61,103 nt of DNA from Haliotis rubra (taxonomy: Eukaryota), in contig NW_025767597.1 of the NCBI RefSeq assembly GCF_003918875.1, forward strand, positions 372,001-433,103, given 5' to 3'. The position numbers and the translations under genes were made by a program. The notes under the pieces were generated by a model. That model saw only the letters and a program-made list of their open reading frames with translations, was not told the origin of the DNA and did not search any database. Positions within the stretch are counted from its first letter, which is position 1. Every line of letters begins with the position of its first letter. Of this stretch, positions 49,663 to 61,103 are shown piece by piece.

Positions 49663-50672
49663 AGGCAATGGATCAAAGGTACTATTGTCAATCAGTCCAT
49701 AGGTTGCTGCATAGAAATCCTGTCTGAGAACTGCTTTCAACCCCATCCTGGCAGCAATACCAAGCTTGTCCAGCCACCTGGACAGTTTACACTTTCAAAA
49801 GGTGGTGTAGAAGTTGTATTTGTACCTGTATGTTATTTCACTTAATTGACGCTATCTTAGGCTATCTAAATAGATATCACTTATAAAGAATTATCATGGA
49901 CTACCATCTGTCATCATTATGCGAGTATATTGTATGTTGTATATTTTGTGTTGATGTTTTACTCACAGAAACCCAGCGACATATCTATCGGAGATTCCCG
50001 GAGCCCCGCCATGATAAAAGGAGGATGTCTCTCCCAGCCAGACTGGAGTAAGTGGGTTGGTGCGTTGTGTCACACCATCGCTGTCTGTATCGGCTGATGA
50101 ATAGAGACTATATTTCAGAAGGTCATTTTCAAGTCATGTTCATGTACTAAATGTGGACTCTGGTATTATACATGAACTGATTGATCTTTCAGTATGCCAA
50201 GGACGTATTGATGGAACTCTATCGAAGAGTGTAAGAAATCAGATTAGAATATTTAACCACACATGAACAAGTATTTGAGCAGTGTAGAACAATTAATGAA
50301 TATCAAAATCAATTGCACCTACTGGTGAAACGTTATTCTGTCCACGGCCCTGGATAGTTATTCTATACTAGCTGCCACGCCTGCCATGATGTGATTCAAC
50401 AATTGATTATAACAGGCTATATTTCAGACGGTCATTTTCATGTAACAAATGTGGACTCTAGTAATTAGACATTAATTAGTTGATCTTTCAGTAAGTCAAG
50501 GACACATTATATGAAACTGTATGAAAGTATGAAAGAAATAAGATTGGAATATTTAACCAAACAGAAAACGTATTTAAGTAATAGCAAACAATTCATGAAT
50601 ATCAAATATAACTGCACGTACTGGTGAAAGGTTATTCTGTCCACGGCCTTGTCTCCTCCTCCTGTGAAGAAA
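49663..50672 (-). pseudogene. HPSE: Heparanase-like copy F fragment (exon 5 twice, truncated exon 6, exon 7)
   Basis: Exon 7 49777-49663 ([38 protein letters not shown]). Exon 6 is only about 50090-49967 ([26 protein letters not shown]; 5' part and acceptor deleted). Exon 5 at 50672-50622 with a partial copy at 50351-50323. Its intron 4 (50673-52200) closely matches that of copy B. Confidence 0.85.
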
Positions 50673-52351
50673 CTGAGGAAATAAAGAAGAAGGACCTGGG
50701 AAGTCTGCGTGATTAACTGTAAAATATTAGGTGTTCATGTGTCGATTATCGAGCATTATGGTAATAAATGATAGGCATGTATTGTAGTGCCACAGTTGTG
50801 GCAATGTAAACTGTGGTCAAGATTCCATCACATGCCAAGGCTGGATATGGAGGATGGACATAAAAAACACCGAAACAGACACTCTTGATACAATAGAAAG
50901 TGTCGTATCTCTCTGGATTAGACCGTAGATGTTTGAGAAGATTTTAGATTACAACTGATTCCAAAAGCATTAATACATAGTAACCTCCACACCACTGATT
51001 ACATTAGATGGTAAAATACATTTCCCATTAGTAATTCGTGTTCCAACACATGAACGTCTACTGAAACCTTACAGAAGCAATTTCAAATTCCTACAACATC
51101 GTTTAATAGATTACACAGCTGCATTACAACAACAGAAACTTGTAAATACTTACATTTTCAAGCAATTTGTGTGAATAGTTTTCGAGAACACTTGATGTCA
51201 TCACTAAATTTCAGTGGTTCATTCATAAAGTTGTCACTGTTATTTCGCACTTTTACCTGAGGGATTATGTTTCTAAGGATAGCCAAGATGGGATATTCCT
51301 TTGCACTTACGTTTTCTATGCACTGAGAAAATGCTGGCCTACCGCACTGATAACATCTATGAAATACTTTTGGAAAAATAGTTAGACAATAAATATGCAT
51401 CCCCATGATAAAGTGTGCTCCCCTTCTTCCACATTAGTTTCTTTCAATACATGTGAATCGGAATTTCTGCTAGGGTTGGTAAAATCAAAACAAGGTAATA
51501 TGATTTGGCCAAAAAAAGTGACCAAATACGTTTGAGTGGTTGACATGCCGGAAATAGTCATACAAGAGAGGGGTAAGAACGCCTCATTTGTTTCATACTT
51601 AGGTCTTTGCATACACATTCAGAGTATAATCAACTCTCCTAAAGGCTGTGTGACAAGTGGGATGTCTTCAACTTTCCGACACTCAAATTTCCAGCAGCTC
51701 CAGACATTGTTTTTTGTTTACATTTGGGAACTTTTGAGGCAGAATCGAGCATGCTGTTTTGCCATGATTTCAAAGAGTGTCACAGGACGTTTGGATGACA
51801 AAACAACTATCATGACATGGATGGAATCTTGCAATCAACTTTCCTCACGAGAGAGGTATCCTGTGAATGTAGAAAGGGTTTAATTGTTTCTATTTGTAGG
51901 GTTTATTTCAGATTATTACGGTCAATGAAGCTTTGTGTTATTCTCGTTAGCGTTGGTATATCATTTTCACAAATAATGTCAAAAGCGTTCATCATGATGT
52001 CTTATAGGAAGTGAGACCTGTTTTGAATGGGAGAGATTCAATGCTACATACATATTCATATGGCTCACCCACGGATTCTGGGTACATTCTGTAGATGCAA
52101 GGACAATTATACAAATGATAAGCTGACTGGTTACAATGTATTATATAGATGTTGTGGTTCACTCTTATCGTTATAAGGTGGTTCAGCTCCATATAACCTG
52201 TATGTCATATAGAGGGTTTCAGAGTTATCCCGTGATTCCGTGCGCGCCGCCATGTTGGTTGTCATTCGCGTCCCCAGCAACCATAGCGTCACTAGCAACT
52301 ATCGTCTACGCATACGTCTGTCTGCTTCAGTCCGTCATCTAACCATCTGTC

Positions 52352-55294
52352 ATGGAGAATTATGCAAACTTACTGGATAAAGCATCTCGCATACGATATA
52401 TCGAGAAGACTATTGTGATAGACAACGAAGATCCGTACAGGATTCCCAGATCGGATTGGAGTGACGACCACAAGTATTTGCCGGCAACAAACTATGTCGA
52501 CATCGTGAACTATCTGGTGTTCAGCCCTAGTCCTTTTTATAGTTTATCCGATATGAGAAACTATAGGAGTCTGGAAGCATATGACAGATTTGTGTGTGGT
52601 TGGGTACGAGACATCGTCTCATATGTGCATTTATCCGTCCAAGATGGAAAGGCCATTCATGTCGTGATGTCAAAAGTAAGTAAACAATAGTTTACCTACA
52701 TCAACAAATGTGTTTGCAAATATACAATGATAATATTCTAAATATAACATAGGCTCTGTTTATGTAGCAGGGTTGCCACAGGTCAGGGAAAAGTCAGGGA
52801 AGAAATTATTTTTTCAAGATCAGGGAATTTTGTTACAAAAGTCAGTGAAAATTGAAGTTTTGGAAAAAAGTCAGGGAAAACTAGTTCTTTTCAAACTTCA
52901 CTGAGGCAACGATTGTATGAATTTGAGTTCCATGTCTGTATTAAATGTGTTTTTGTATAGATATTGGTATTATCAACTTTAATTTACTTGTTTTGGCAGT
53001 GTCCATTTGTAGACATATTTTGGAATAACTTCCAAGGATGTTTGACACAGAAATGTGACCAAATATTCAATCTCAAGCTCTCTGCTGAACTTTTTATGTT
53101 TGGGTTTGACTCAAATACTGTCCCAGCTACTGTTTTGACCTCTTACTATCAATGTCTATGTTCTTTGTGTGTTTTTTTTGTTGAAAATGTCAGTATTTCT
53201 ACCAGTAAGATTTCATACTATACAAAGTCACCCTTTTCCTGGAGGTGATCCTCAATCTTGCAACAGGGACTTTAAAATGAAAACATTGAAATTAAAAAAG
53301 AAAATCAAAACTTATGTGTCAGAGTTTGCCAGAGGTAATATTTCTGTGTCATACACTTCATCTTGATGTTAGATTGATCTCTGTGTTTGTTTGATTACTT
53401 TGTCTAAATATTTTACTTTGTCTTAAGTAAAATGGATAGAAAGGTCGGCTGTAGGGGGAGTTTGGAGGCCGAAATTTTATTTGTTTTCTTTTAATTTTGA
53501 TCAGTGAAAAATCAAATTGGTCAGGGATAAGTCAGGGAAAGTATGGAGTTTGAACTTTCGTCATCTGTGGCAAACCTGTGTAGAGTACAGCAATATTTTA
53601 ATTACCTTTACACTGATTTAACAGTAGAGATAATGTTGATACAAAATCCAAAATGTCTTTAGTGTGTTAATAAAATTTTGTACATACTAATTGCCTTCAG
53701 TGTGCTGCGATGAAAAGCCTTGGTTTAGTAAAACTGCCACATTTCAATCAATTTCTTAATATCATATAGCATTATGTCTGAACAAAAATTAATTCCTGCA
53801 CTGTATTTTCACAGGTTATGCATTCCCAGCGCTTGAACGAAGCTCCATTGCAGCCCTGGTTTATCACTGATGACGCTGGCACAGTTTTATCAGCTCATTG
53901 TAACTGTATGGCGGGTTTGGGTGAATCATGCTCACATGTGGCAAGTATGATGTTTGCTGTTGAAGCTATTGTGAGATTAAGAGAAACCGCCACTGTCACA
54001 CAGCAACCTGCATACTGGAAACTTCCAGCTTCTCTTAAAAGGTTAACTATGCATGTCTAAGAAAGATTGATTTCACCTCATCAAAGACTTTGAAAAGAAA
54101 CTTGACCTGTTAATTGAGGGTTCTACGACATGTTCGACTTCATCAAGTGCTAAACATATCAAGGAGTTAAAACCTGCATCTACCGTCAGTTTTGACAATT
54201 TCCTTCGCACTATTAATGCAGATAAACCATCTTGTCTTGCGGTTCATAGTGATTACAGTGATCAGTATGTACCTGTACCATTACAACAACAATTTCCTCA
54301 AGTGATCACTGAACTATTTGATGAAAGTATGGTTGGCATCCCATACAATGATGTTTTACTACACTGTCACAACGTTATAAATCAACTAAACATTACAGCA
54401 GAGGAGGTTTCAGCAGTTGAAGCAGCAACAAGAAACCAAGCGTGTTCCCCAGTTTGGTTTCAGTTCAGGGCTGGCCGTATAACAGCATCAAAGATGAAGA
54501 GTGTCAATCGTACATCACTGTCTGACCCTTCGAGGAGTTTACTTCGCCACATCTGTTACCCGACTGAGGTCAAGTTTTCTAATCCAGCTACGAGATGGGG
54601 ATGTAGCCATGAAGTAACAGCTAGGGACACCTATGAGAAATTGTCTTCTGAGCGTCACCATAACTTCAGTGTTGAGGAATGTGGCTTATTCCTCAGCTGT
54701 GAGTATCCACATCTTGGGGCAACTCCTGATGGTATTGTGGACTGTGGCTGTTGTGGAAGGGGCTGTCTTGAGATTAAGTGTCCATTCTGTGCAAAGGATG
54801 ACTTTGTTGATAGTAACATAGTTTACTTAGAGGAGATTAATGGGTCACTGCAATTAAAAAGGGACAGTCAGTATTATTACCAGGTGCAAACACAGCTATT
54901 TGTAACTAATCATGATTACTGTGACTTTGTTGTTTGGACAAACAATGATATATTTGTGGAAAGAATTACACCTTGTATGGTATTTTGGAAACCAGTAGCT
55001 GATCATGCAATGCAGTTCTTCACATCCATTATTCTACCAGAGATTGTTGCACGTCATTTCTTGAACACATGTACAAGGGTTGCTGAAGAAAGAGTCGACA
55101 AGGAAGTGTTTTGTACATGCCAGAAGCCAGAAGATGGAAGGAGGTATATTGGCTGTGATGGGAAAGAATGTACAGTCAGATGGTTTCACTTCAAGTGTGT
55201 TGGTCTTGTGCGAAAACCGAAAGGGAAATGGTATTGTAAACACTGTTCTACAAATAACACAAGAAAGAAGCGGAAACACAATAGTGAAGAGTGA
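52352..55294 (+). CDS. Transposon accessory protein: SWIM Zn finger + YqaJ (lambda-exonuclease-like) + PHD finger; 2 exons, two 1-nt frameshifts
   Basis: Exon 1 52352-52675 (VMSK|gtaag), exon 2 53815-55294. Motifs HCNCMAGLGESCSHVA; WFQFRAGRITAS, LGATPDGIV, LEIKCP, YYYQVQTQL; FCTC..IGCD..C..WFHFKCVGL..KGKWYCKHC. Frame breaks in A-runs near 54040 and 54100. Confidence 0.85.
52768..53578. mobile_element. MITE nested in the YqaJ gene intron
   Basis: TIRs CAGGGTTGCCACAG / CTGTGGCAAACCTG, internal TCAGGGAA sub-repeats, 5-bp TSD TGTAG. Confidence 0.8.
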
Positions 55295-56479
55295 TGTTTC
55301 ATGAACAATATCTTATCAGTATAACTTTACTTATGTGTCTCAAGCCTCGCTGACACCAAGCAACTTGTTCTGTGTCTGTGATGACACACCACCTCTTTAT
55401 TGAACTTGTTCTCAAAATGATATTGATGTCATATTTTGTTGGCACTACACCAAGGCCAACATAGAACAAAAATAATCACAGATAATGTTTCAGCACATTA
55501 AGAATAGTTTTATTACTATAATTGACAGATTGTACATTTGAGCAGTAACTCATAGACTTGTGTATGAAATATTTTCCATTGGTTTGTGAAATGGTCTATG
55601 ACATCAATAGTTGCTGGGATAATTATGCAGCTGAATTATTGTGTGAAACAAAATATCAGTAAAGTCATTTGAATAAGATGTGACTTCACTTACAAATAAT
55701 TTTGTGACATATGATCTGCTTGAATAATGACAACACATCACAGTGTTTGAAATAGCTACTTGCTGCTGCCTAGCTGATTGTGAATCGGGCCAGTAATATA
55801 CTGTTAAAGCAAAGCTATCCCAACTGGTTCAGTATATCAGATAATTTGTTCTTTGTTTAATGTACATGAATATGATGAAGTCATTTATTAACATGATTAA
55901 GGTGTTAAAAGTCTGTCCTCAAAAGTTTAGTGATATATATTATCTCTTGCCACACGAAGATCACTATATAGAAAATGTTAACAGCATTGCGCAAAAGAAG
56001 TTAGGAACCATTACTACAATACAAATGTATTGTTTCAAAGGGTTGACAATAACCTACCATCTGTAATTACCAAGCATAATACCAGGCCTGACCAATGTGC
56101 ATGCTGATATTGATATTTTGCAGGGCCTGTGAAGTATGATATGGGCAAGCGACAGTTTTACATAACTAGCCCTCCTTGCCAGTGACATTTTAAACTTAAT
56201 TCAATCTGAACACATCTATGATCATTAATGATGAAGTTATCAAATAATACCTTTTTAAAACTTGGAGTGAACAACATTGATCATGGTCATGTTAGAAACA
56301 TAGATTACATAATTTTCAGATAATAGTATATCAGATGCAAACTACAATGTGGTTCTAGTCGCCATTGAACATGTCAAGGTGGGTGTATCACCGAGTGCTA
56401 AATATGCCAACATTAAACACATTTGACCTTTCATTTATGTTTTTCATCTTTTGTAAGTCTCACAAGATATAAGTAGCCT

Positions 56480-58943
56480 TCACTCAAATGGAACAACTGA
56501 TGGACACATGTTGGTAAGTGCACAGCAAACATGGACAAGCTTGTCAAGTAATGGATCAGTTTCATTATTCTTTGTCATTAGGTAATCAATGGGAATAGTG
56601 CTGCTGAGGATCATGTATTTTTGACGGACACTACCAATAACTCTTTCAACATGAATTCTTACATTGGCAATTTTTCTTGTTTCCTCTACTTCAGTGCCAC
56701 TTAACTGTGGTTTACCTCGTGTAAATGCTGGAATCCTTAACTCCGCTCCTACAGAACCAATAATTTCTTGTATATCAAAGCCTCTATCTGCTAATACTAT
56801 ATCACCGTGGAGAAGATGATTGGTGAAATCACTATTATTTGTTAAATACTTATCACTAACACGACCTCCCCATCCCTCAGAAATGTAACTTACAGAACCT
56901 TGGGGAGTGATGCCAATAAGATATTTTACAGTATTATGATGCTTGTACGTTGACCATGTCTGGGTTCTAGCTGTCAAATTGGATGGTCTATCAATAAAAA
57001 TCTCAAAACAGTCTATAATAACAGACACTCTGCGTCCAAAATACCTTCTGAATACCATTGGCATTGTTTTCCATAAATCCTCTCTATCTGGCCAGAACAC
57101 AAGTTGTTTTAAGTTGATGTACAAGACATCCATAACCTGATTAAATGTCCTGAAATTGTAGCTTTGCTGACACCAAACCTGTAACTTAGGTCAAGAGTGG
57201 GTAAATTCAGTCTGAGTCTCATTAATGTAATAATTAACTTTTGAAACTTTGTCAGAGATGAATGTGAAGACTGACAAATTCCATATGATACAAGATTGAA
57301 CAATGCAATTAGTGTTACAAACGAAGGCAGACCAGTATAATATCGTACTTTATCATCATCACCTTCAAAGTCTTCAGTATTATTTGCTTTCATTTTATGA
57401 ACTATCTTCTTAAGTAGATTATTCTCATGTTTTAAAGATTCATTTTCTGACTTAAGAATGTCAATTTCAATTTTGCAACTTTTAAGTTCCTGTTCGGGTG
57501 TAATATCATGCTCTTGATCTACTGGTTCAGTGTCTGATTCTGCCTCACAAAGTTCCTCTTCAACTTCAAGATCAAACCGCAGGTTCCGGAGTCTTGATGC
57601 TTCCTTGCGCTCCTAAATGACAAAGAACACAAGTCCTTACAATAAACCTTATATATATGATGTAAATAATTTTTAAGATTGAGGGGAATATCTGTGTTAC
57701 ATACTACAGCAAAAAATCAATTAACCTTGCACCCCTCAATTTGACTTCTTTTGAATGTTCAAGGAATTTCAAAATGAACAGAAAGACAGAAACATTTCAT
57801 TTAATTAAGTGTCACAAGTCAGTAACATATGAAATATACATACATAAAAAATATTAAACATGTTTAGGGACCCTTCATAAATTATGGCCAGGGGGGTGAT
57901 GATGATTTTTATGGAGAACCATGAACAATGTGACTGGCACCCCTAAAATTTATGCACAAAGTAAGTGACCCCCCTCTGCATGTTGTGTACAAAATCAATT
58001 ACCCCCCTTCCCATATTTTGTAAGCCTAATTATTAAATATTTCCATGTACAAAATTGCTGACCCCCCAAGAAATTTGTGTACAAAATTGCTGACCCCCCT
58101 ACCTCCTCAGAACAAAATCAAAATGGGTGACCCCCCTTAAAATCATCACCATCACCCCCCAGCCATAAATTATGAACGGTCCCCTTACTTTACCTGCAGA
58201 CGGGAGAAACGAGAACCCTTGTTGTCATTGTCAGCCTTGCCATAGCCAAGTTTCAAAGTTGGTATCCAATCGGGATGGGTGTCCTGATACAAGGCCGAAG
58301 GAGAACCTGAGAAGATTATTTGATTATTATCGTCATCATCACAATATTACACAATTATTGTCTTGTGGTGTTAACTGCATAACTGTACTGCAGTATGGAG
58401 GCATGCAGAGTTCAGGCATGTTCCTACTGTTAAATTATCGGTGACAGCCTCAATTTAGCCTGATATGTCACAGATCACCTGGACTATTTCATATATTGTG
58501 GCCTTATATAATTCAGCGAAGCGGGTTAAAATTCGTGTATTGAATTGATCATGTCGACGCAGAAACGAATAATTTCGTCACGCCAGAGCTGGTTTGGAAA
58601 GACAGATAATTCCTTCTATCGGTGTCATACTACTACTGACAGGATAACGAGTTTGATTAGTAAGACAACCGAACCTACTTTCGTATTACGCAGAGTTACC
58701 GGCCATAGCCACATATTGTACTTACCACCAACAAAATGATCGCTGCACACACGCATGTATTTGGTATCCTTGAATGCAAGATCCTCCCGATTGACAGCTG
58801 CAAACCACAAACGGCGCCGTTTCTGACTGAGATCTCTTTGTTTTCTCATCACTATTACTAATAATAGCTGGGAATCTGAAAAATCTCTTCTTGTCTCGGG
58901 TTGCACGATTACTACATTTAAACACCGCGCATGAAACGGGCAT
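56480..58943 (-). CDS. ISL2EU transposase: THAP + HTH + DDE_Tnp_4-type domain; 3 exons, two 1-nt frameshifts
   Basis: Exons 58943-58726 ([25 protein letters not shown]), 58306-58194 (HPDWIPTL) and 57612-56480 ([69 protein letters not shown]). Frame breaks near 58840 and 57150. Confidence 0.9.
57867..58184. mobile_element. Harbinger-like MITE nested in transposase intron 2
   Basis: About 40-bp imperfect TIRs (GGGACCCTTCATAAATTATGGC... / ...GCCATAAATTATGAACGGTCCCC) with TTA TSD. Confidence 0.75.
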
Positions 58944-60723
58944 ATCGGCATCAGGTGGAATATCGCACTTGTTTACTTTTCGCGCTTCCAAGGTTGACAA
59001 CCAACATGGCGGCCGCGCACTGCATCATGGGCACTGAAACCCCTCTATCCCGCATGACACGAGTAGTTACGAATGCTCTTACGCCGTGATATTGCTGGAA
59101 TATTGCTAAAAGCCGCGTAAACCCAAACTCACTCACTGGAATTCGTGGTTCGATCGCAGCACCGCCAATGTCTATTTCGAGCCCCACCTACTGACTAATC
59201 AGATTCCACCTCTCATGTCACATTCAACTGATTCAAATATAACGGCGGTGCTTATTAAGTCAAGACAACCTTATCGATATTCAATGTGTTATTGTAATAG
59301 CACAGGTCTTACCTCTCGAAGTGCATCAAATCACTAAAGCAAGTTGAATAAAAACATAAAACAAGTTGAAAGATATTTGTCGACGCCCGATGTGCAGTAA
59401 ACATATTTTGCAAATCCTTCAAAAGACTCTGAAATCTACACGGCAGCCATCATGTTTACGACCCGGATGTCGATTTCTTGTTACGCAGTAGTTGATGCAT
59501 AGAGTGCATTAATACAGCCAAAATACTATTCAGCAATTTCAGGCTGGTTACGCAAAGGGTGGAAATTGGAATTTTACAGTTAGTGAACTCCCCTTTGCCT
59601 CGAGAAGATGGCTTCATGGGTAAACCTAGATGATCATCGGCTCAGAAGTTGATTCAAACAAACCAAAACGTTCAAGCGCTCAAAGTTAAAAAGATAAGTG
59701 TTAAACTCCCGTTTAAAACACACACTTTATGGCTCACTTTTGGTGTTTTGCTTTTGAAGCACTGTCAACAATAGTTTGCCAAAATATGTTTTATGAATTA
59801 CTTATTAAAACCAACAAAATGCCTGAAGATGCACTTTTCCTGAAACTGTGGCGTTTAAGAGCTTCCACATTAACCGCAGCCCATAAGCAGTTTTATGCTT
59901 CTTGTAATGTTGCATTTTACTAGTCATAGATGTGAAGTAAATACATGTATAATTGTAAACATATTTAAACTGTTAGGCAATTCCCACCCTTTGTCACTTC
60001 TGTGAGTTCACAGATCTTTTACGATTTCTGAAATATTTGCCTTAAAATGTTTCTTCAATTACGTTAAAACAATAAAGATAATGTAGTTGGCTGTCAGTTT
60101 TATTACGCCTGGGGGCCTGTGCTGCTGTTAAATTTAGAGGGGCCGTTCCAAAGATCTAATCCGATATTCCCTGCTGAGTGAGACAGGGAAGCAAAATTGG
60201 GACAGATATATAGCTACAGTGGTGCATATAAAGTTGTGTGGATTAAAATTAACAAAGTTTGGTGGAACTTCTCACAGAAAAAATAATTTCATTTGAATTT
60301 GATACCTGTTTGTTGGGTCAATGTGTAATTGTTCATAGAGTTAAGATAAACGTGCTGTTTGGAGATTGTCCCCATGGTGAAGCTCATGTTGGAAATCTCA
60401 ACAATATGTACCTGAGATGACCCCTACTGTTTTCGACATCTGCTCGGTTAGGTTTCACGTGCATATGTCATCTCTCGTTACATCACGCCTTAAACGTGAT
60501 CTGCGGCTGGTTAGGATGAGCACAAATCATTGGCGCATCATCAAAACTTGTGAAATAAAGTTGTTCGCTGGGACACTAACATAGGACATACCTACTCCCA
60601 ACCCCGTAACACATATGGTGGAACTCAGATTTCAACGTTTCCTTGCTCGATCGGTGTAATATTTGACGTAATGCTTCATAAAGATCACACTACCATTTCT
60701 GCTGCTTCCGCGAAATCCTTCGT

Positions 60724-60803
60724 TAATAACTGTTTCTGTAATTAACGTAATAACTGTTTCTGTAATTAACGTAATAACTGTTTCTGGAATTAACGTAATA
60801 ACT
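60724..60803. repeat. 24-bp tandem repeat, about 3 copies
   Basis: TAATAACTGTTTCTGTAATTAACG. Confidence 0.9.
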
Positions 60804-61103
60804 GCAGTCCTTCTTGACTTGATTTCCTTCACAACGTAAAATTTGGTACGGCTTCTCCGCGAATGTGACCTTGACCCTGACCCACATTAGCGGTGGCGGT
60901 AAGACATCTGCGAGTTGTATCAAGAAGACATTTGGCTCCTCGCAAGTCGAGTTAGTATATTGGTATTGGCGAGGAACGGCATGTGCGCGGTTGTTGGTAA
61001 TGAGGAAATAAAGACCAACACGGTAGAGCCGGTGAACACTCAAAGGGACCTGCAAAATGGCGTTCGTACTCGCAGCCCGTGTGTAGAGAATGATGTGTCT
61101 AAT

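Larger units (their letters stand above)
52211..59046. mobile_element. ISL2EU-type (PIF/Harbinger-related) DNA transposon, about 6.8 kb, near full length
   Basis: Termini AGAGGGTTTCAG and CTGAAACCCCTCT, each flanked by AT. Subterminal inverted motif GCCGCCATGTTGGTTGTCA. Two convergent genes, THAP-HTH-DDE transposase and YqaJ nuclease, which is the established ISL2EU layout. Confidence 0.9.

Noticed and set aside
60632-61103. Open frames at the window end
   Set aside because: No recognisable domain, partly made of a 24-bp repeat, and cut by the window edge.

Overview
Eukaryotic, intron-rich, AT-rich DNA. Its tRNA-SINE with (ACTC)n tails and a second dispersed repeat resemble those I know from abalone (Haliotis); this taxon call is an inference. 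The window is dominated by a tandem array of heparanase-like glycoside hydrolase family 79 (GH79) genes with a shared 10-exon structure. Four full-span copies lie on the minus strand: A 1532-10964 (2-bp frameshift in exon 1), B 16488-23139 (pseudogene lacking exons 6-7), C 24507-32275 (open, about 480 aa, duplicated first exon) and D 34411-42726 (one +1 homopolymer frameshift). There is also a collapsed exon 1/2 relic near 12.1-12.4 kb, a divergent head-to-head plus-strand paralog E (44504-48801, cut by an N gap) and a broken copy F after the gap. The minus-strand enzymes keep both catalytic glutamates (ELGNE, WLGET) but lack the heparanase pro-peptide linker and differ in substrate-contact loops. 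Other content: a near-complete 6.8-kb ISL2EU DNA transposon (THAP-HTH-DDE transposase plus SWIM-YqaJ-PHD gene), a degenerate CR1/L2-type LINE, many SINEs and MITEs, and several copy-specific minisatellites. Exon coordinates were read by eye from GT-AG boundaries and paralog comparison.
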